Shown piece after piece: positions 1 through 14,383 of a stretch of DNA of 64,000 bases. Made by a program: the position numbers and the translations under genes. Under the pieces are notes generated by a model. That model did not search any database and was not told the origin of the DNA. It saw only the letters and a program-made list of their open reading frames with translations. The stretch is taken from positions 1,502,524-1,566,523 of the forward strand of contig MU053873.1 of the NCBI GenBank assembly GCA_013239625.1, written 5' to 3'. The stretch is from Lama guanicoe (Eukaryota). Every line of letters starts with the position of its first letter. The first letter of the stretch is position 1.

Positions 1-1979
1 TCTTTTAGAAGTTGATACTGAATGTACCAAAAGCCATGGAGAGAAAAACAATTCACAGCTGCAGATTTGGTTAGAACATTTTGTTTAGGCCATTTGGGCC
101 TCTGACTATGAGTTGCAAACTAAATAATGGTGTTTTCTAAAATAGCCTCCAATCTCTTGCATGTGCTTTCAGCATATAATAAGACAGACTGGTAACAAAT
201 GGAAGTGTAGTTTTCTGGAGAGATAGGAATGATTACTCCCAGCTGAGCAGGTGAAACACATTGCTACATGAAGAATGTGTTCTTTGCTGATTCTCAAGGT
301 TTTATTTATTCTTATTTTTAATATAAAGTGTCAGCAAATAGAAGCAAAAGAAATTCCACTTGAAAATATCAGAAAATAAAAGAAGCATAGCAAATTTTAT
401 TGCAGGTAAAAATCCATTTTAGCCAGCAAACAAACAAGCATTGGCTGAGAAGCTTGCTGATGGCTCCTTTTGTTTCCCTTTGATTTAAAGCCTCATTCCT
501 GTAATCTAATTAACATCGAACTGAGTTGCAAGTACAGTGGCCTGTTTGGTTCAATAATAATACATTTATATGAAAGGTTAATGAAATGAATTTTCCCTCC
601 ATCCAATTCATTAAAAATTGTTCTGCAATCAACGGTTGCTAATGGAATAAAGATTAAATATTCATGTTCATAAATTTTCTGTGTCATTTCTGATTTTCCT
701 TCATTTCTGGCTCCCTAGGTTGAATTTTGCAAGTATAAGAATTCCCAAACAAAAAGCTTGATTTCGAGGGCAATTGCATACTATTTGTTCTTTTATCAAA
801 GAAGTAGTGTAATAGTGTGAAGAGTTTTTGGCAGCAGGTTGGTCTCACTTTATAGCTGCATGATTTGGGGCAAGTTTCATAACCACTTATTTTGTGCAGT
901 AGTTGTCATAGGAACTCTTGCAGACTATTGTGAGCATTAATGATAAACTATGGAAAACAACTGGTTCGGTATTTGGCACAGGGTAGCAGTTCGACAAATG
1001 ATAGATAGCGTCACAGGTTTCAGAGGATACCTACATATATGCACTAAAACTTAACGACAGTTTGTAGTGGCAGGACTGATATGGTTTAAAGTTGAACTCT
1101 TGTTAATTCTAAAATAGGTGTCAGGCTTGGGCCCCACAACATCTTGTGGTAGTTCTAATCAGTGTATCAGGATGATGTCTCTGAGATGGGGGACTTTTTC
1201 ATGTTTCTACAGATAGATTTTCGGTCATCTATTTTCTGCCACCTCTTTCTTCTTTTTCCACCTAGGCCAAAGGAGTTTATTTAAGGAGCATATGATATTT
1301 CTCCCAAACAATGAATTTACTGGATGTTTGAAGCCTACTCAATCAAATGCCAAAAATGTAAATAAATAGCAATTTTGATTTAAAAATTTCCCTAAACATA
1401 TTACCTACTGTACAAACTTTTTAAATGGAAGATGCCAAACATAAATTATTTATTTCCTTAATGACTCAAGGTGATCATTATGATCATTAATTTTTGTTTT
1501 GTCCCTAATTTTTGTCACCCATTTTACCAGAGGTGATTTCTGTTCTTGAAGCTGGTACAGCAGATGAACCACTTGGTTAAATAGCAAATGCCAAATTGAG
1601 TGTAACACTGTTGGTGAGAAATTCACTTCTTCTCAACTTGTTAAAAAAGTACCCACTCTTTGTTTCAAATTTCATATGTGCTTTAATTAGCAATCATTGT
1701 TGCAACCCTTTGAGGTCATGATTATCATCTTCACTGTAAGTGAAATGGAACACGAAGTTGGGTGAAGTTAAGTGTCTTGGCTAAAGGCACACAGCTAAAA
1801 AGCAACTGAGGTAGGATTCTAATTCAGCCTTATGAGTCCTTTCTATTCTACTGCAGCTGCCCTGGGAGTAAGTCACACAGCTTCAGTTCAGAGTTTTTGT
1901 AGTAGTTATTTTACTTATCTAGTATATGCCCTTTCACTTTGTGTTTGGAGATTTGTTGTTAGAGGAAGACCAAATTCTA

Positions 1980-2100
1980 GAACTGCTCTGTCTAATACAG
2001 TAGCTTCCAGCCCCTTGTGACTATTTAAATTTAATGTAATTGAAATGAAATGAAATTTAAAATTTAGTTTCTTAGTCACAGTAGTCACATTTTAGGTGCT
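1980..2100. mobile_element. MER33/MER3-like hAT-Charlie non-autonomous DNA transposon fragment
   Basis: ctgtctaatacagtagc...tgtgactatttaaattt...tcacattttaggtgct resembles the recalled MER33 consensus. Confidence 0.6.
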
Positions 2101-3631
2101 GTCAGCAGTCAGTCAGTGTTGTCCTCCCTTCTCCATCTGCTACATAACCAGCGACCAGAATGTGGGTATATGCATGAGGGGTGCTGAGGCAGGGGGATAT
2201 ATTATCTGAGGTTGGCTGAACACCAAGTATTCAATACTTTTTCATGGGCCCCACCTTCCCTTGGCAAGCCACACATATACACTGCTTTTCTTCAACCCTA
2301 ACTGATCAAATTTTGCCCCTTTCCCAGATGAAGCTGCTTCCTGTGAAAGTTAGAGAAAAATTAGGTCATATCAATTTTCTTGAAGTTACAGCAAACAGCT
2401 GTGAAACTTAGTGCTTCTTGAACTTTGTTCTGGAAGAGGCTGGCAGAGGATCCTGTGGGTACCTGCTGCATCTCCCAAGACCTGTTCAGACCAATTTCTT
2501 TTAGTCAAGTGGTTCAGATTTTTATCTGGGAGCCTTACAGCAGTGAGTTTCCCATTGCCAACAGGAGCAAGGGGAGGAGTGAATGAAGCATAGACAGGAA
2601 TTGAACAATATTATATTGAATAATGAAATATTTGAAATACTTATTGGACCCCCCTTATATTCTGTTAGTCTGCAATTATGTGTTCTTGTTATGATTGTTT
2701 TCTCATTAACTAACAATCAAAACAGCTAACTTTATTAAGTACTCACTCTACGTCAGGCACTGTGCTGAAGTCTTCGTAGTCTATCACAGTAACTCATAAT
2801 CTTGGTTTTATCATCATCAACTTGAACTCCGTAGTGGTGTATCTCTCACCGAAGTGTAGATAACTAACTTTTATTCAACAACAATTTGTACATGCAATTA
2901 ATATCGCATAGGAATAAATTGGGAGAGCCCTACTCTATGGCTTAGGTACAGGGGTTTGTCAGAGCCGACTCATTATGCTACCTCAACAGCGATACATTTC
3001 TAAGCTTTTAATTGAGAAAATCTTACAAAATTGGGTTAGGGACTCTGGAAGGACAGGAGGGAGGGTCAAGAGAGAACTTTGAGCCTTCTTCTTATATCTG
3101 TTCTCAAAATCTGAAAAAAAGAAGTCAAGACTGTGGGCAGCATGGTCCAGTCATACCTTTTCTCATCCAATTTCTGAATGTCTTAAGAAAACAAAACGTG
3201 CACACTCTTCTTGAACTGCTGTGTGAATCTGACACTACCACTGGCCTTTAACACTTGACTTTGCCTACTTACTAAGGAGTAGATACGTCGTACTTCTCAG
3301 TGATTTCATTTGGCAGACAGGAAAGTCAGTTGTTTTCTCAATGAAGTCATGAACGGTAAAGTTTTGCTTTAAATATGCAAGAAATTATTAAAATTCATTG
3401 AGTCTAACTTAAATTTTTGTGTTTTTTTCCCCTCTGTTTTATTGAGATATAATTAACTTACAGCCCTGTATTAGTTTAAGGTATACAGTATAATGATTTG
3501 ACTTACATATATTGTGAGATGATTACCACAGTAGATTTGTGTGTTTCTTAAAATATATGCCTGAAATCATTAACTACAGATATATTTTGTCTCTCTCCAT
3601 AAATAATAAATACAGTTTATAGATATTTGGC

Positions 3632-3664
3632 ATATATACATATATATGTATATATATATATATA
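3632..3664. repeat. Imperfect (TA)n microsatellite
   Basis: Seen directly: atatatacatatatatgtatatatatatatata. Confidence 0.9.
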
Positions 3665-5198
3665 AATTGTTTTAGTTTAGCTTTAATATAGCATTTCTAG
3701 AATTATGAAAACTGTAGTTATTTTTAGTTGGAATGTGGTACATATTGCCTCTTGGATTATAGGAGTCACCTAAAATGTGAAATGAAAAGGGCAGTGAAAA
3801 ATGTGTATAAACACATTAAAGATTAAAAAGTGGCTGAGTCCAGTGAAAGGAAGTGATCTTATGAATTAGTAATGAAAGTGCATTTACAGGTTATTGTCTT
3901 ACTGGAGTCTGAGTTTTAACAGCTGCTAGTAGTTTAAACTAATAGAAGCCTGAATAGCCCATAATAATTTGAGTATTCTGTTTATGGATTATTTCTTAAT
4001 AGAAACACTGAATAGTATTGCCTCACTGAAATTACCTCAAGGTGTAATTATAAAAATGAAATAAGTAACTGTATTTTGTAAACATGAAAGGTGCTTCTTC
4101 TCACTGTGTGTGTATGTGTGTGTAATATAAATTATAAAAATTATGTTTATTAACTAGTAGTTTTAGAAGTTGTTTGAAACTTCATTTAGATCCATGAATA
4201 CAATTGTTACAGTTTCAAAGTATACTGGACTGAAAAAGTTACATTTGTGTAACAAACATATAGAATTATAAGAGTATTTAAGTTAAATAGGAGGCCACAT
4301 ATTTTAGAAGCAGAGGTTGTCATATAACAGTGAATGCATTAATATTATGCCATTTTTATGTGTTATTTGATCAGGTACCAGATTCTTCACTGATTATACA
4401 CGAGTAACACTGATCATTTACTCATTTTTACTTTGTGTGCTTGAAAAGAAACTACATATTCTTAAGATCATTCTAAAGTTTAAATGTTTTATTAATTTTC
4501 TAGCCCTTTCTGCAGCTTGCTGGAAGGAGGGATGTTTTCTTATATTCACAGCTGATAATACTAGTTTTTAAACTAAAGCAGTTAAAAAAATACAAAGGGC
4601 AACAATCTTATTCTGTTTCTAAGCAAAGCAAACATTTTAGATAATAGCTTTTAAATATTATGTCTGAGACACCACATTAAATGTAGTAATGTTATGTTCC
4701 TTATTATTACAATTATCTTAACAATAATCACATATTATTTTTTTCCCTTTAATAAGAGGAGAAAATATAAAGTAAGTGGAATTTGAGTATCTCAGATTTG
4801 TCTTGCACTGTATCAGGTACTTTGGTGAGATGTAAAGAAATCTCCAAACCTCTATTCCTGAAGAGTTTATGCTATTAAAGTTCGGATAAAAGATTTTTTA
4901 AAAAATCATAAAAAACAGTAAAAGTATTATGTGGATAAATGCCAAAGGATGTGATAAAAAGTAATGTGTTCTAGAAGTGAAAAGAATGAAAGTTTTAAAT
5001 ATAATTTGCTTGAAAGAAGTATGCTTACATTTTATGATGTTGGAGGAAATCAGATTTAATTACAAACTCTTTACTATGTTTTTGAACCAAGACCACCTCA
5101 ATCTTAGTTCTACTGACCTGTTCTGATGAAGAATCCTCAGCAGCCTGTTGGAGCATGGTGTGTCAGTAAAACATGCACTATCTTTTCTTTATTTCCAG

Positions 5199-5346
5199 GC
5201 ATACTTCCGACAGGGTGTTGCCCTCCAGTACCTCGGACGTCATGCCGATGCCCTGGCAGCCTTTGCATCTGGGCTGGCTCAGGATCCCAAGAGTCTCCAG
5301 CTTCTGGTGGGGATGGTAGAAGCTGCCATGAAATCTCCCATGAGAG
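5199..5346 (+). CDS. TTC28: TTC28 (tetratricopeptide repeat domain 28) internal coding exon, 148 nt, probably exon 3
   Basis: Acceptor tcttttctttatttccAG at 5197-5198 and donor GTaaat at 5347. Encodes AYFRQGVALQYLGRHADALAAFASGLAQDPKSLQLLVGMVEAAMKSPMR plus 1 nt, a TPR motif recognised as TTC28. Phase 0 to 1. Exon number is from recall of the human gene. Confidence 0.96.
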
Positions 5347-8300
5347 GTAAATATGATAAAAGTATTTGGTCTGACACTAATTTAAAGTAGAACATTTCTA
5401 GCCTTTGAAGACTTTAGACTCAGGCATTGAGAATAGATGGGTTATCAAATTAGCTAAGACTGGGTATTTTAGGCAAAACATGACCAAGAATCACTGTCAG
5501 TAGCTGATATTAATGAGGCAGAATAGGATGGTGGTAAGGCCACTGGCCTGGAAGTTTGTGGACCTCAATTATATTTTTGAATTTTTCATGAACTAACTAT
5601 ATTACTGGGTAAATGAATCAACTTTTCTCTGGATTTCAAGGTTACCTGAAAAATTCTTATTTTTTTGTAGTTGTTCAGATTTTGTATCTGTAAACCGTAA
5701 CACTTCTAGTAGTAAATTGATCTGTGGGACCAATATGCCATCTAGAAATCATCAAATAATAGAAGACATTAGACATTCTAATATTTCATAAGAGGAAATA
5801 TGGATCTAACTGTAGGCTGTGTCTAACATTTTCCAGAAAAGCATTCAAAGATTATGTTGAATTAAAAGGAAAGAGACAGAAACAGATACATGATTTTCTC
5901 CTGTTACTATTATTTTATACCAGTCAGTCTAGTGGGAAAACACTAGATTGACAGTAGTACTGTGGAGGTCGAAGGTGTTCTAAAGTGCAAACCAGACTGG
6001 CTTCCCTTTGAGGAAAATTGATTTTTGAGGAATGAGTTCTTGGGAAAATTGGGCTGAATGTGTACACCAGTTGTCTTCTTTGCAGAGTGATGGAGACACT
6101 AAGGCATATTGATGGCAAACAGTAGACAGCTAATGATGTTCCATAATAATTAGTTTATGTCAAGAAAAACTCTGTTTTTGTCTCTGAAGTGGTACATTCC
6201 TTAATGAACCTAAGAATTTTGATGGTAGTATCATTAGACATTATATCTAGTTTTGAAAATGTTTGCAGCATTAGATAATTTTAATATACTGGCTAGTATG
6301 GTACTTGGCTCAAAATATGTGCTAAGTAAAAGTTTGATGAACTAAATGGTACTCATATGGTCTCTGAGTAATTCATAGCTATAAAAACACACTTTTCTGA
6401 AAGTCAAAGATTTCATGTTTTAGAAAAAAAGTGGTAAGGAAACCTCTCTTCTTGCGATTTTATAACCCCATACAAAGCTGAGTTTTTGCTGCAGGAACCT
6501 AATGGCTTCTCCCACTGGGGGACCTGCTGTTAATAAACTCTGACTCAGAGCAGATGCACTTTGGAGCTCCAGGGCTTGGTGGGGGTGGGGGAAATGGACA
6601 ACAACAACAACAAAATCAATCTGTCTCTCCTTTCCATTTTTCTAGTATTTTCTCATTCTCTCCCTATACCCCTCTGCAAGGAATTTACATGCAATATTTT
6701 TTATTTAGTTCATGAAGATGTCCCTTCTTTATTCTGAGGTGTTTCTGCTGCTGCCGCCTTAGAATATTGGAGTGAATATGTTGAGATCAGCAGAATCATA
6801 CTTACCATTTTGCCTTTGAAGCAGTTTGTTCAGATAAATATAAGCCATCTTTTCTGCACTGCAAGAAATAGCTCAGTTCTGCTGTCACCCTTAGGGTTTT
6901 CTGTGCCATGTTCTTTCCCACCTTACACTGAGGGACCTAAGGGTGACCCTGGAGAAAACTGCATCTTACAGGTGCCTGGAGCACTTCAGTATTTTCTTCT
7001 CTTTTCTTAAATCAATTTAACTTATTTATTTTTGGCATTGCCTTTACCACTGTATCTATTCCAGGTGAGCTTTTCTTATCAACATCTTATGGAAAGACTT
7101 GCTTTGCAGAATGTTGTTCTCTGCATCATCTCAGTAACCTCTTTTTGTCATATGGTTGTAATTCACAAAATCTGTCATCATTTGCTGCCCAGTTTTTTAC
7201 CCACTGTTTATTTTAGCCTCCTGCAGTGTTCTACCATTGTTGTGTAGGTGTGCAGTCTGGGTCACTGCTATATAGAGGTCTTGTCTGTTTTGTCAATTAT
7301 TCTTGTTTTGTAATTCTTAAATGCCGCAGAGGAAGTCCCTGGTCCAGGCACTTCTGTAAGCAAACAAAGCTCCCATGGTGTAGTGTTCCTGGGGTTTGGC
7401 CTTTTTGGGAAGTTTCAAGATTTTTTTTTAAGGTAGGGCTAATCTGTATTAATAAACCCTTATCCCCAAATAAATATATTTATCCAGACTGAAACTTACT
7501 TGATTTTTCTTCATATTGTTGTTACCTATATTGCTAACTGAATTAAGTCTTTATTTTTGTGGTTTCATTCATGCTTACCAGTGAGATATCAATTAATCTA
7601 CTTCTCCTGTGGATATATTTGCATCACTATATGTAGTGTATTTTCCTTAAATCATTTATAAAAGTATACAAATAAGTATTAATATAAATGAGACTTTTTC
7701 ATGAGTTTTCAAATTATCCTTTTACTGTTTATCCATTTCTCCTTTTTAATAGTCTTTTAGCAGTTTCAGTTCATTGTGTCTTATAAATGTTTATGCAAAT
7801 TTGGATTGTGTAGCATAGTACTACTGCCAACCACAGATTTAATAATATAATTACAAAGTGAGATTGAGTTTACCTTTATTTGTTCCTCTGAAGATGCCAG
7901 GGCTGTTTCTTGCTAAGGGTTCTCTTGTGTATATTTTCTCTCCTCTTGTTAATTCGGTAATCTAAAGACTATTACGTTTATGGGTATTCACCTGTCATGG
8001 TGTTTCTACCAGCTTTAGACGACCTAGGAAGCAGATTTTATGAAAAACTGGTGGAAAATGGTTGTTGAATGTTTAAACGTTTCTCTCAGGGTCACGCTGG
8101 GGCTCACCTCTTATTTATCTGATTGTCCACCCTTGGTAACTCTTTTCTGATTCTCTTTTAGGTGGCTGTCACTTTTCACAGATGGCCTGTTTCTGCATTG
8201 TTAGGTTAAAAAAAAACAGACTTTCCCCCCAAATGATTGGAATCTAATTCCAACCCTGTCATTGCTATTCCATTGACTGAGCAAGGTGGCTTCCTTTCTC

Positions 8301-8954
8301 TAGACCTCAGCCCTTATCTGTTAAAAAAAAAAAAAGGGATATGATAATATCTACCTCCTGATGTTGTTTTGAGAATCAAGCATTGGCCCCTTAGGATGCC
8401 TTCCCCCTGCGGTATGACGCCCTTCCCCTCACTCTGGAGATGGGCAGCAGCTGTGGTGAGCTTGCTCCTGCACCTATGATGTGGGTGTGGAACCAACACA
8501 GCACAGGACACACGGTCCGCTTGATCAGCACTCTGTGCCTGGAAAAACTGTATTTCTCCTGAGCATCATGTATTTTTATCTAAAAGGTCCAGAAAGCTTT
8601 TAAGTGATTGTTTATTCTTTTGCTTTGTCCTCTATGAAGCGTTAGAGGCCAGTGTCCCGTCCACGGTTAAGAAGTGTGCCAGGGCTTACAGGTCTCTGTG
8701 GTGAGTTTTCCTTACTTACTTTCCACTCACTCCGACCTCTCTGTTTTCCACCTTATTTCTATAGAAGGCCTTCAAATCCTTTTGGAAAGAAGTAGAATAT
8801 AAATAAACACCCAAACGAACCCAGAAAAATGTGAAGTGATTCAGACAAAGAGCTAAACCTTGTCTGTTTTTCTTTTCTTTTTGTTTTGTTTTGTTTTGTT
8901 TTTTTTGAGGAGAATTAAGTTTTCCTTTTAGGGTGAACCAAAAGGTTTTTTTAA

Positions 8955-9190
8955 AAAATAGTGTACATAACATAAAATTAACCATTTTTAGTTATACAGT
9001 TCAGTGGTATTAAGTATGTTTACAATGCTGGGCAACTATCAGCACCAGCTTTCTCCAGGACTTTTTCATCTTCCCAAATTGACACTTTGTACTCTTAAAC
9101 AGTAATTCCTCATTCCCCTCAACCCTGCTTCTGGCAACCACCAAGGTACCTTCTGTAAGTGGAATCATGCAATATTTGTCCTTTTGTGAC
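8955..9190 (-). mobile_element. Old L1 (L1MB-like) 3' end fragment
   Basis: acataacataaaatttaaccatttt...tacagttcagtggtattaagt...ggcaaccacc...gtggaatcatgcaatatttgtccttttgtgac is typical antisense L1M 3'UTR and ORF2 end. The minus-strand ORF reads SQKDKYCMIPL. Confidence 0.75.
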
Positions 9191-10104
9191 AAGCTCAGTG
9201 GTTTTCACTTTTGTTTCCTATCTAAGAAATTAGCCTAGGAAAAGGTAAAAATTAAAATGAAGAAAATATTATGAACTTTACCTGTAAATTTTGTTTTGGA
9301 GAAGTACTTTACCCTCGTAATACTTGGCTTACTTTCTCCTTTTGTCAGTAGTTGCTGTTCCCTCTTTGGATCCCTGTTTTGGAGATTTTATTCCAGGATT
9401 GTTTCAGTCTTGTGGATTTGCAATTCAGTATTACATTGTATCCAAGAATAATTGGTAGTGGTATCAAGAAGTTTTTAGGAAAGTTGAAGCCTTTTTAGTC
9501 ATGTATGCCAGTGAAATGTTGCGAGGATAACCTGGAAGGCCCCAGAATGTCTTCAGAGTGCCTGAGACAGATTGAAGTCTGTAAAAATTTTAGTTACCTT
9601 GGCCAGTGGAGCATCATTCCTTTGGAGTAAGATGCCGTGCTTGTTAAATGCATTTATTCCTAAAATACTGTATATTTTAAAATATGTCCTAAGTTTATCC
9701 CTTGCTCTCCATCTGTTTTGTCATTGCAAATATAGGACTTTTCCTCTGACTGATTTTCCTGGGTTTTATCTCTTTCAAACCAGTCTATGCTTTGCTTTCC
9801 TTCTAGAATGAACTTTCTAAAATATAAATGTAATCTGTCATTCTCTTATTCATAATTCTGCATTTTCCCTCCTTGCCTAAAGGACAGAGGCCAATCTCCT
9901 TAGTATAAAAGATCTTACCCCTCTTTCATTCTTATCACCAAGGCACTCTCAGCTAAAACTACCCGCAGTTCTTGGAAAACACTATTTTCCCTATCTTCAG
10001 TTTCTATTCAGATATCATTACCTCCAGAAACCATTCCCAGACCTACCTGAGTAGGTTAGCCACTTTAGCACCTTTCTCCTCTGGGCTCCCATAGCGCATC
10101 CTAC

Positions 10105-10365
10105 CAATGCTAAGGTGTCTGGATTGAAAGTTGCATCATTATATTACAAATTACTAAGAAAAAAGAAAATGCTAATGGTTAAATGATAACATAGTTCTTT
10201 CTTGTCACTTTTTATTTTATGTAAACTGAAAGAGCTCTTTTAGCCCCAGTTGGACATAGAAATAACCAATCACTGTGAGGCACCATTGAGTTCAAGGTAT
10301 TAAACGTCAAATTCAGAGATGTTAATATGTAAATAAATGTGCATCTCAGAACTGATGAAATATAG
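10105..10365 (-). mobile_element. MER104/Kanga-like TcMar-Tc2 DNA transposon remnant
   Basis: The end ttcagagatgttaatatg...gtgcatctcagaactgatgaaatatag is a degenerate reverse complement of the recalled terminus CCGTATTTCATCGATTCTAAGATGCAC. Confidence 0.5.
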
Positions 10366-13300
10366 TGTATCTTTTAGCTGAGTGTGATGATGTGTTTATT
10401 ATTAGCCTTTACTACATTCCTACAAGCTCTTCAAGTGTCAGGAACTACAACTTTGTTTATCTTAAATTCTTAAAAACTTTATGTTTTGAAAGCATGTAAC
10501 TGGTGTTCAGTGATGGTTGCAAAGGGCCTTTACATTCTTAAGAAGTTGTTTTGACATTGGGTATTTTATATATTATGTATAGTTTCTAGAAAGAAAAACA
10601 TCTTAACAGCTACAGGCTGCCAAAACCCTGTTCCACCTAGCCTGAGAAAATCACAAAGTTATTCCTTTTGCCAACAGCCTAAGTTTATTCTAGAATAGGA
10701 ATTAGAGTCGTAGAATGGTATAGTTGGAAGGATTCTCAGAGATCACTTAGTCCAGCCTATACATTGTTTTATACATTAAAAAAACTTACCCTACCACTTT
10801 TATTTATTAAATGAATATATAGCTGCTAACCAGATCTTCTGATTAGTGAGTGTGAACCAGTTAGACATAATTACAGCCCAAAGTAGAGAAGTTTGACATT
10901 AAAGCATTTTTAAAATTTACATAAGGGGAAATTGACTTTTTTTGTGGTATATATATGTATCTTTACACATGCATAAATGCACACATAGATATTTTTACAT
11001 GTATATACACATATTGTATTTAATATTGACATATGCATATTTATAACATGTATGGGTTTATGTAAATTATACCACAATCATAACTGATGCATATAACAAA
11101 GGGAGAAAATAAGGTTATGTGGCTTTGAAATTCAGGTTTCTTTATCCTAAGCTCAGTATTTTCTCCATTATCCCATATCAGCTTCCTTCCTTATAAATAT
11201 TCTCTGGTTCTTTAAGCTGGCCTGTCCATCATTCCATGCAGCTATCCTGGTGCCTTTGTTTAGGACAAACCTTCTGCCTAAAATACCTTCTACCTGCAGA
11301 AAAAAAGCAAAGATTTGTCTAAGTCCTACCCTTTCCTCAAGAAATCAAGTTATGCTTTTATGAAGCTTTTTCATTACCCTTGATGGTCACTCCCTTTTCC
11401 AAACTCGTGTAACATAAACTGTATATGAGCTTGCATTATAATTTGTCTTTTAAAATATTTATAGTCTCTTTCCTATATACTGCAAATGGAAGTTTGACCT
11501 TTTGCCTCTTGTTTTTATTTAGTAAAAACTTGTACAAGTGAAGATTTCTTTTTCTCTTGGGCATCTTCCAGGGATTTCCCTTGGCCTTCTACTTGTGGCA
11601 GTGTTCTCTCTTCTTTCTACTTCTGTCTATGTTTAAAGCTCTATTGGATGGCTCTCTTTTTGAACTTAGCCATGGTTACTGTGGTTTAAAAAAATCACTA
11701 GCTGAAACGTAGACTCTTTGCTGGCCATCAGTCATTTTGAACTGTCAGTGTCTGAACATCTTCTTCTCTTCTGGGAGTTTCCTTCTTATACTTCTACCTC
11801 CTGCTCTCCACTATAAAAATGAAGGCATGAGATCCTAATTTTCCCCTTTTTCTTTATAATTGGAACTCCACCTTTGAATTAGGAGCTAAAGGCTCAAAGA
11901 AGAAGGGATACACAGAATTTGTCCTGGTGGTGGCGGGTGGCAGTAGTGATATGCATTTTCCAAGGGTGGCATTTAGTAGTGGTGGAGGCAGCATTGCAAG
12001 TTTTGGTGTCCTGTGTTTAGTTGCCACAGTTATGTTGCCTTTAGCAGGAAGCTTTTATGGCATGATTTTGACTGTAGGTCAGGAGCTCTGGTTTTCCACC
12101 CTTCCCTGTAGCCACTTAGTACATTTCTTTTCTCCTTAAACCAACCAGAATTTCTTTTTTGTGTGAACAAGTACGAATTTTGTCTAGTCTCAGAGAGCCT
12201 GGACTTAGAGCCCTGCAATGGGTTCTTGTCTTGGCTCTGTCCCAAGCTGTCTAACCTTGCATGAATCTCTTAAATACTCAGATTCTTCGTTTCTAAAATA
12301 AGAGTGCTTTCAAGGTCTTTTCAGCCCTAAAATGCTATCATTTTTTGCTTCTGCTAATTGGTCAGTGGGATGCTAATGTGATCATCACTGGCTGCCAAAT
12401 CCTTCAGCAGTTACCACCAAAATTCTGCTCATAGCTGTTTTAATATGGCTTTGTTCTTTTCCTGTTCTAGCAATTCTGGGTTCTCGTGCCTGTATTTAAC
12501 CCTATTGGTTAGCTAGTGTTTACTGGTACTGTGCACTGCTTGCATCTTGACAGGTGTAAAAATGTTCTTTGTTCTCTGTTTAGTGATCTGATTGAAGGGA
12601 AAAATGCTTTGGGCACTAGTAGGTTTTGAGGTTTCCGTGGTAATGTTGATTCAGACGAGAGCTTCTTAGTGGAGAGTTGAGATTTGAAGTCATAAATTGT
12701 GAAAATTACATTTTAATGCAGTACTGTTGGCTGAGAGATTCACAATTTAAAGAGACCAACCTTTCATAGTTTTTTTTTAATATATGCAGAGTGGAACACG
12801 TAATGTGAAATAGTTTTTCAAAAAAGCTAACAACAAATGTGTTACAAGTGCTACCTCATTGTAGGGTTAGTCATTAGCTCTGCAGTTGTCTTAAAAAAAA
12901 AAAAAAGACGAGGGAGAAGGAGCTTAGAGGTCATTTACTTTCAAAAATAGCTTCAAGTGTAAAAAAATCTCCTTGTGGCTTCCTGACCCCTAACCTGTGT
13001 TCTTTCCAAACACCACATGAAAATAAAATGAGATCAACATTAATTTTGTGTTTCATCCTACCTTGGTGAATGCAGATGATTTCTTCATGCTTTCATTTGT
13101 CACCACAGCAAAAATTGATAATACTTTTTTATGTGGTCATACTGGTCTCAGAAGCAGCAGTGGGCTCTTGGGTGCCAGTGAGGATGGTGGTTATTTTATT
13201 GGGAGAGCTTCTTTTATTGTATCTTCGGGGAAAAAGGTAGAATTTATTAATCAGTCATTCAGATTCAGGTTTAACAAACGTTCATGGAAGCCAGGTGTGT

Positions 13301-13557
13301 GAGGGACTTTCACCCATGTGGAAATGGCAGGTTTTAAAATTTAGTGCCGACATTGTGCCAGTTGCTATGGAGTTATAATAAAGTATTAAACAGTCCTAGA
13401 GTGGGCTTCAGAGTTAGCTGGGAAGCTAAAAATTAACACACATTGAACAGCTTTGAAATGGTTAAGGGCCAAACTGCAATACTAACTATAAAAATGCAGT
13501 AGAAGTTTAGATACAAAATACAAAGATCAGCGTGGGCTGGAGGGCCCAGGGAGTGTG

Positions 13558-14048
13558 CAGGCAGACCTCATTTTACTGTGCTTCATTTTATTGTGCTTCA
13601 CAGATACTGTGTGTGTTTGCTTTGATTTTTGTTTTCTTTACAAATGGAAGGTTTGTGGCAACCTGTGTCAAGCGAGACTATCGGCGCCACTTTTCCAACA
13701 GCGTTTGCTCACTTGGTGTCTCTGTGTCCCATTTTGGTAATTCTCGCAATATTTCACACTTTTTCATTATTATTGTATCTGTTCTGGTGACCTGTGATCA
13801 GTGATTTTTGATGTTGCTATTGCAAAAAATAATGACTTGCTGAAGGCTCAGGTGTTGGTTAGCATTTTTTAGCAATCAAATACTTTTTAATTAATTGGTT
13901 TTTTTAAGATACCATATAATAGACTATAGTATAAACATAACTTTGATTTGCACAGAAACCAAAACTTTTATGTGATTTTCTTTATTGTGATGTTCACTTT
14001 ATTGCAGTGGTCTGGAACCAGACCCACAGCATCTCCGAGGTGTGCCTG
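13558..14048 (+). mobile_element. Tigger1-derived non-autonomous element, 491 bp, internally deleted
   Basis: Terminal inverted repeats CAGGCAGACCTC and GAGGTGTGCCTG, followed by TA (TG on the left). The internal sequence matches recalled Tigger1 5' and 3' ends with no transposase between them. Confidence 0.85.
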
Positions 14049-14383
14049 TATACAGTAGAGGTGGGACACGGGTGAGAAGCCTGAAATATTTTGAGAGGGC
14101 AGAACCATTCAGGGAAAGGGGTGGGTCCTGATCAAAGAAGGACCATGGCGAGGATGTGTGGCATACGTGTGAGAGGGTGAGGGAGGGAGATTAATGGACT
14201 GAGGCTGGTGTTATGGAGTAAGATGGATACGTGGATAGTGAGGGTGGTGCTAGATTAAAAGGTTGAAGAGTTTGTACTTGAAACAGGCCATAAAAAGGTA
14301 TGATAAACATTTGTTTCTAGAACGTATTAGAAAAGATTGTTTTGTATACCATCCTACATTCTCTTATTTTCTTTTTTCTTCAG

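Noticed and set aside
5126..5390. 74-aa and 80-aa ORFs
   Set aside because: One is the TTC28 exon plus intron and the other is an alternative frame of the same exon.
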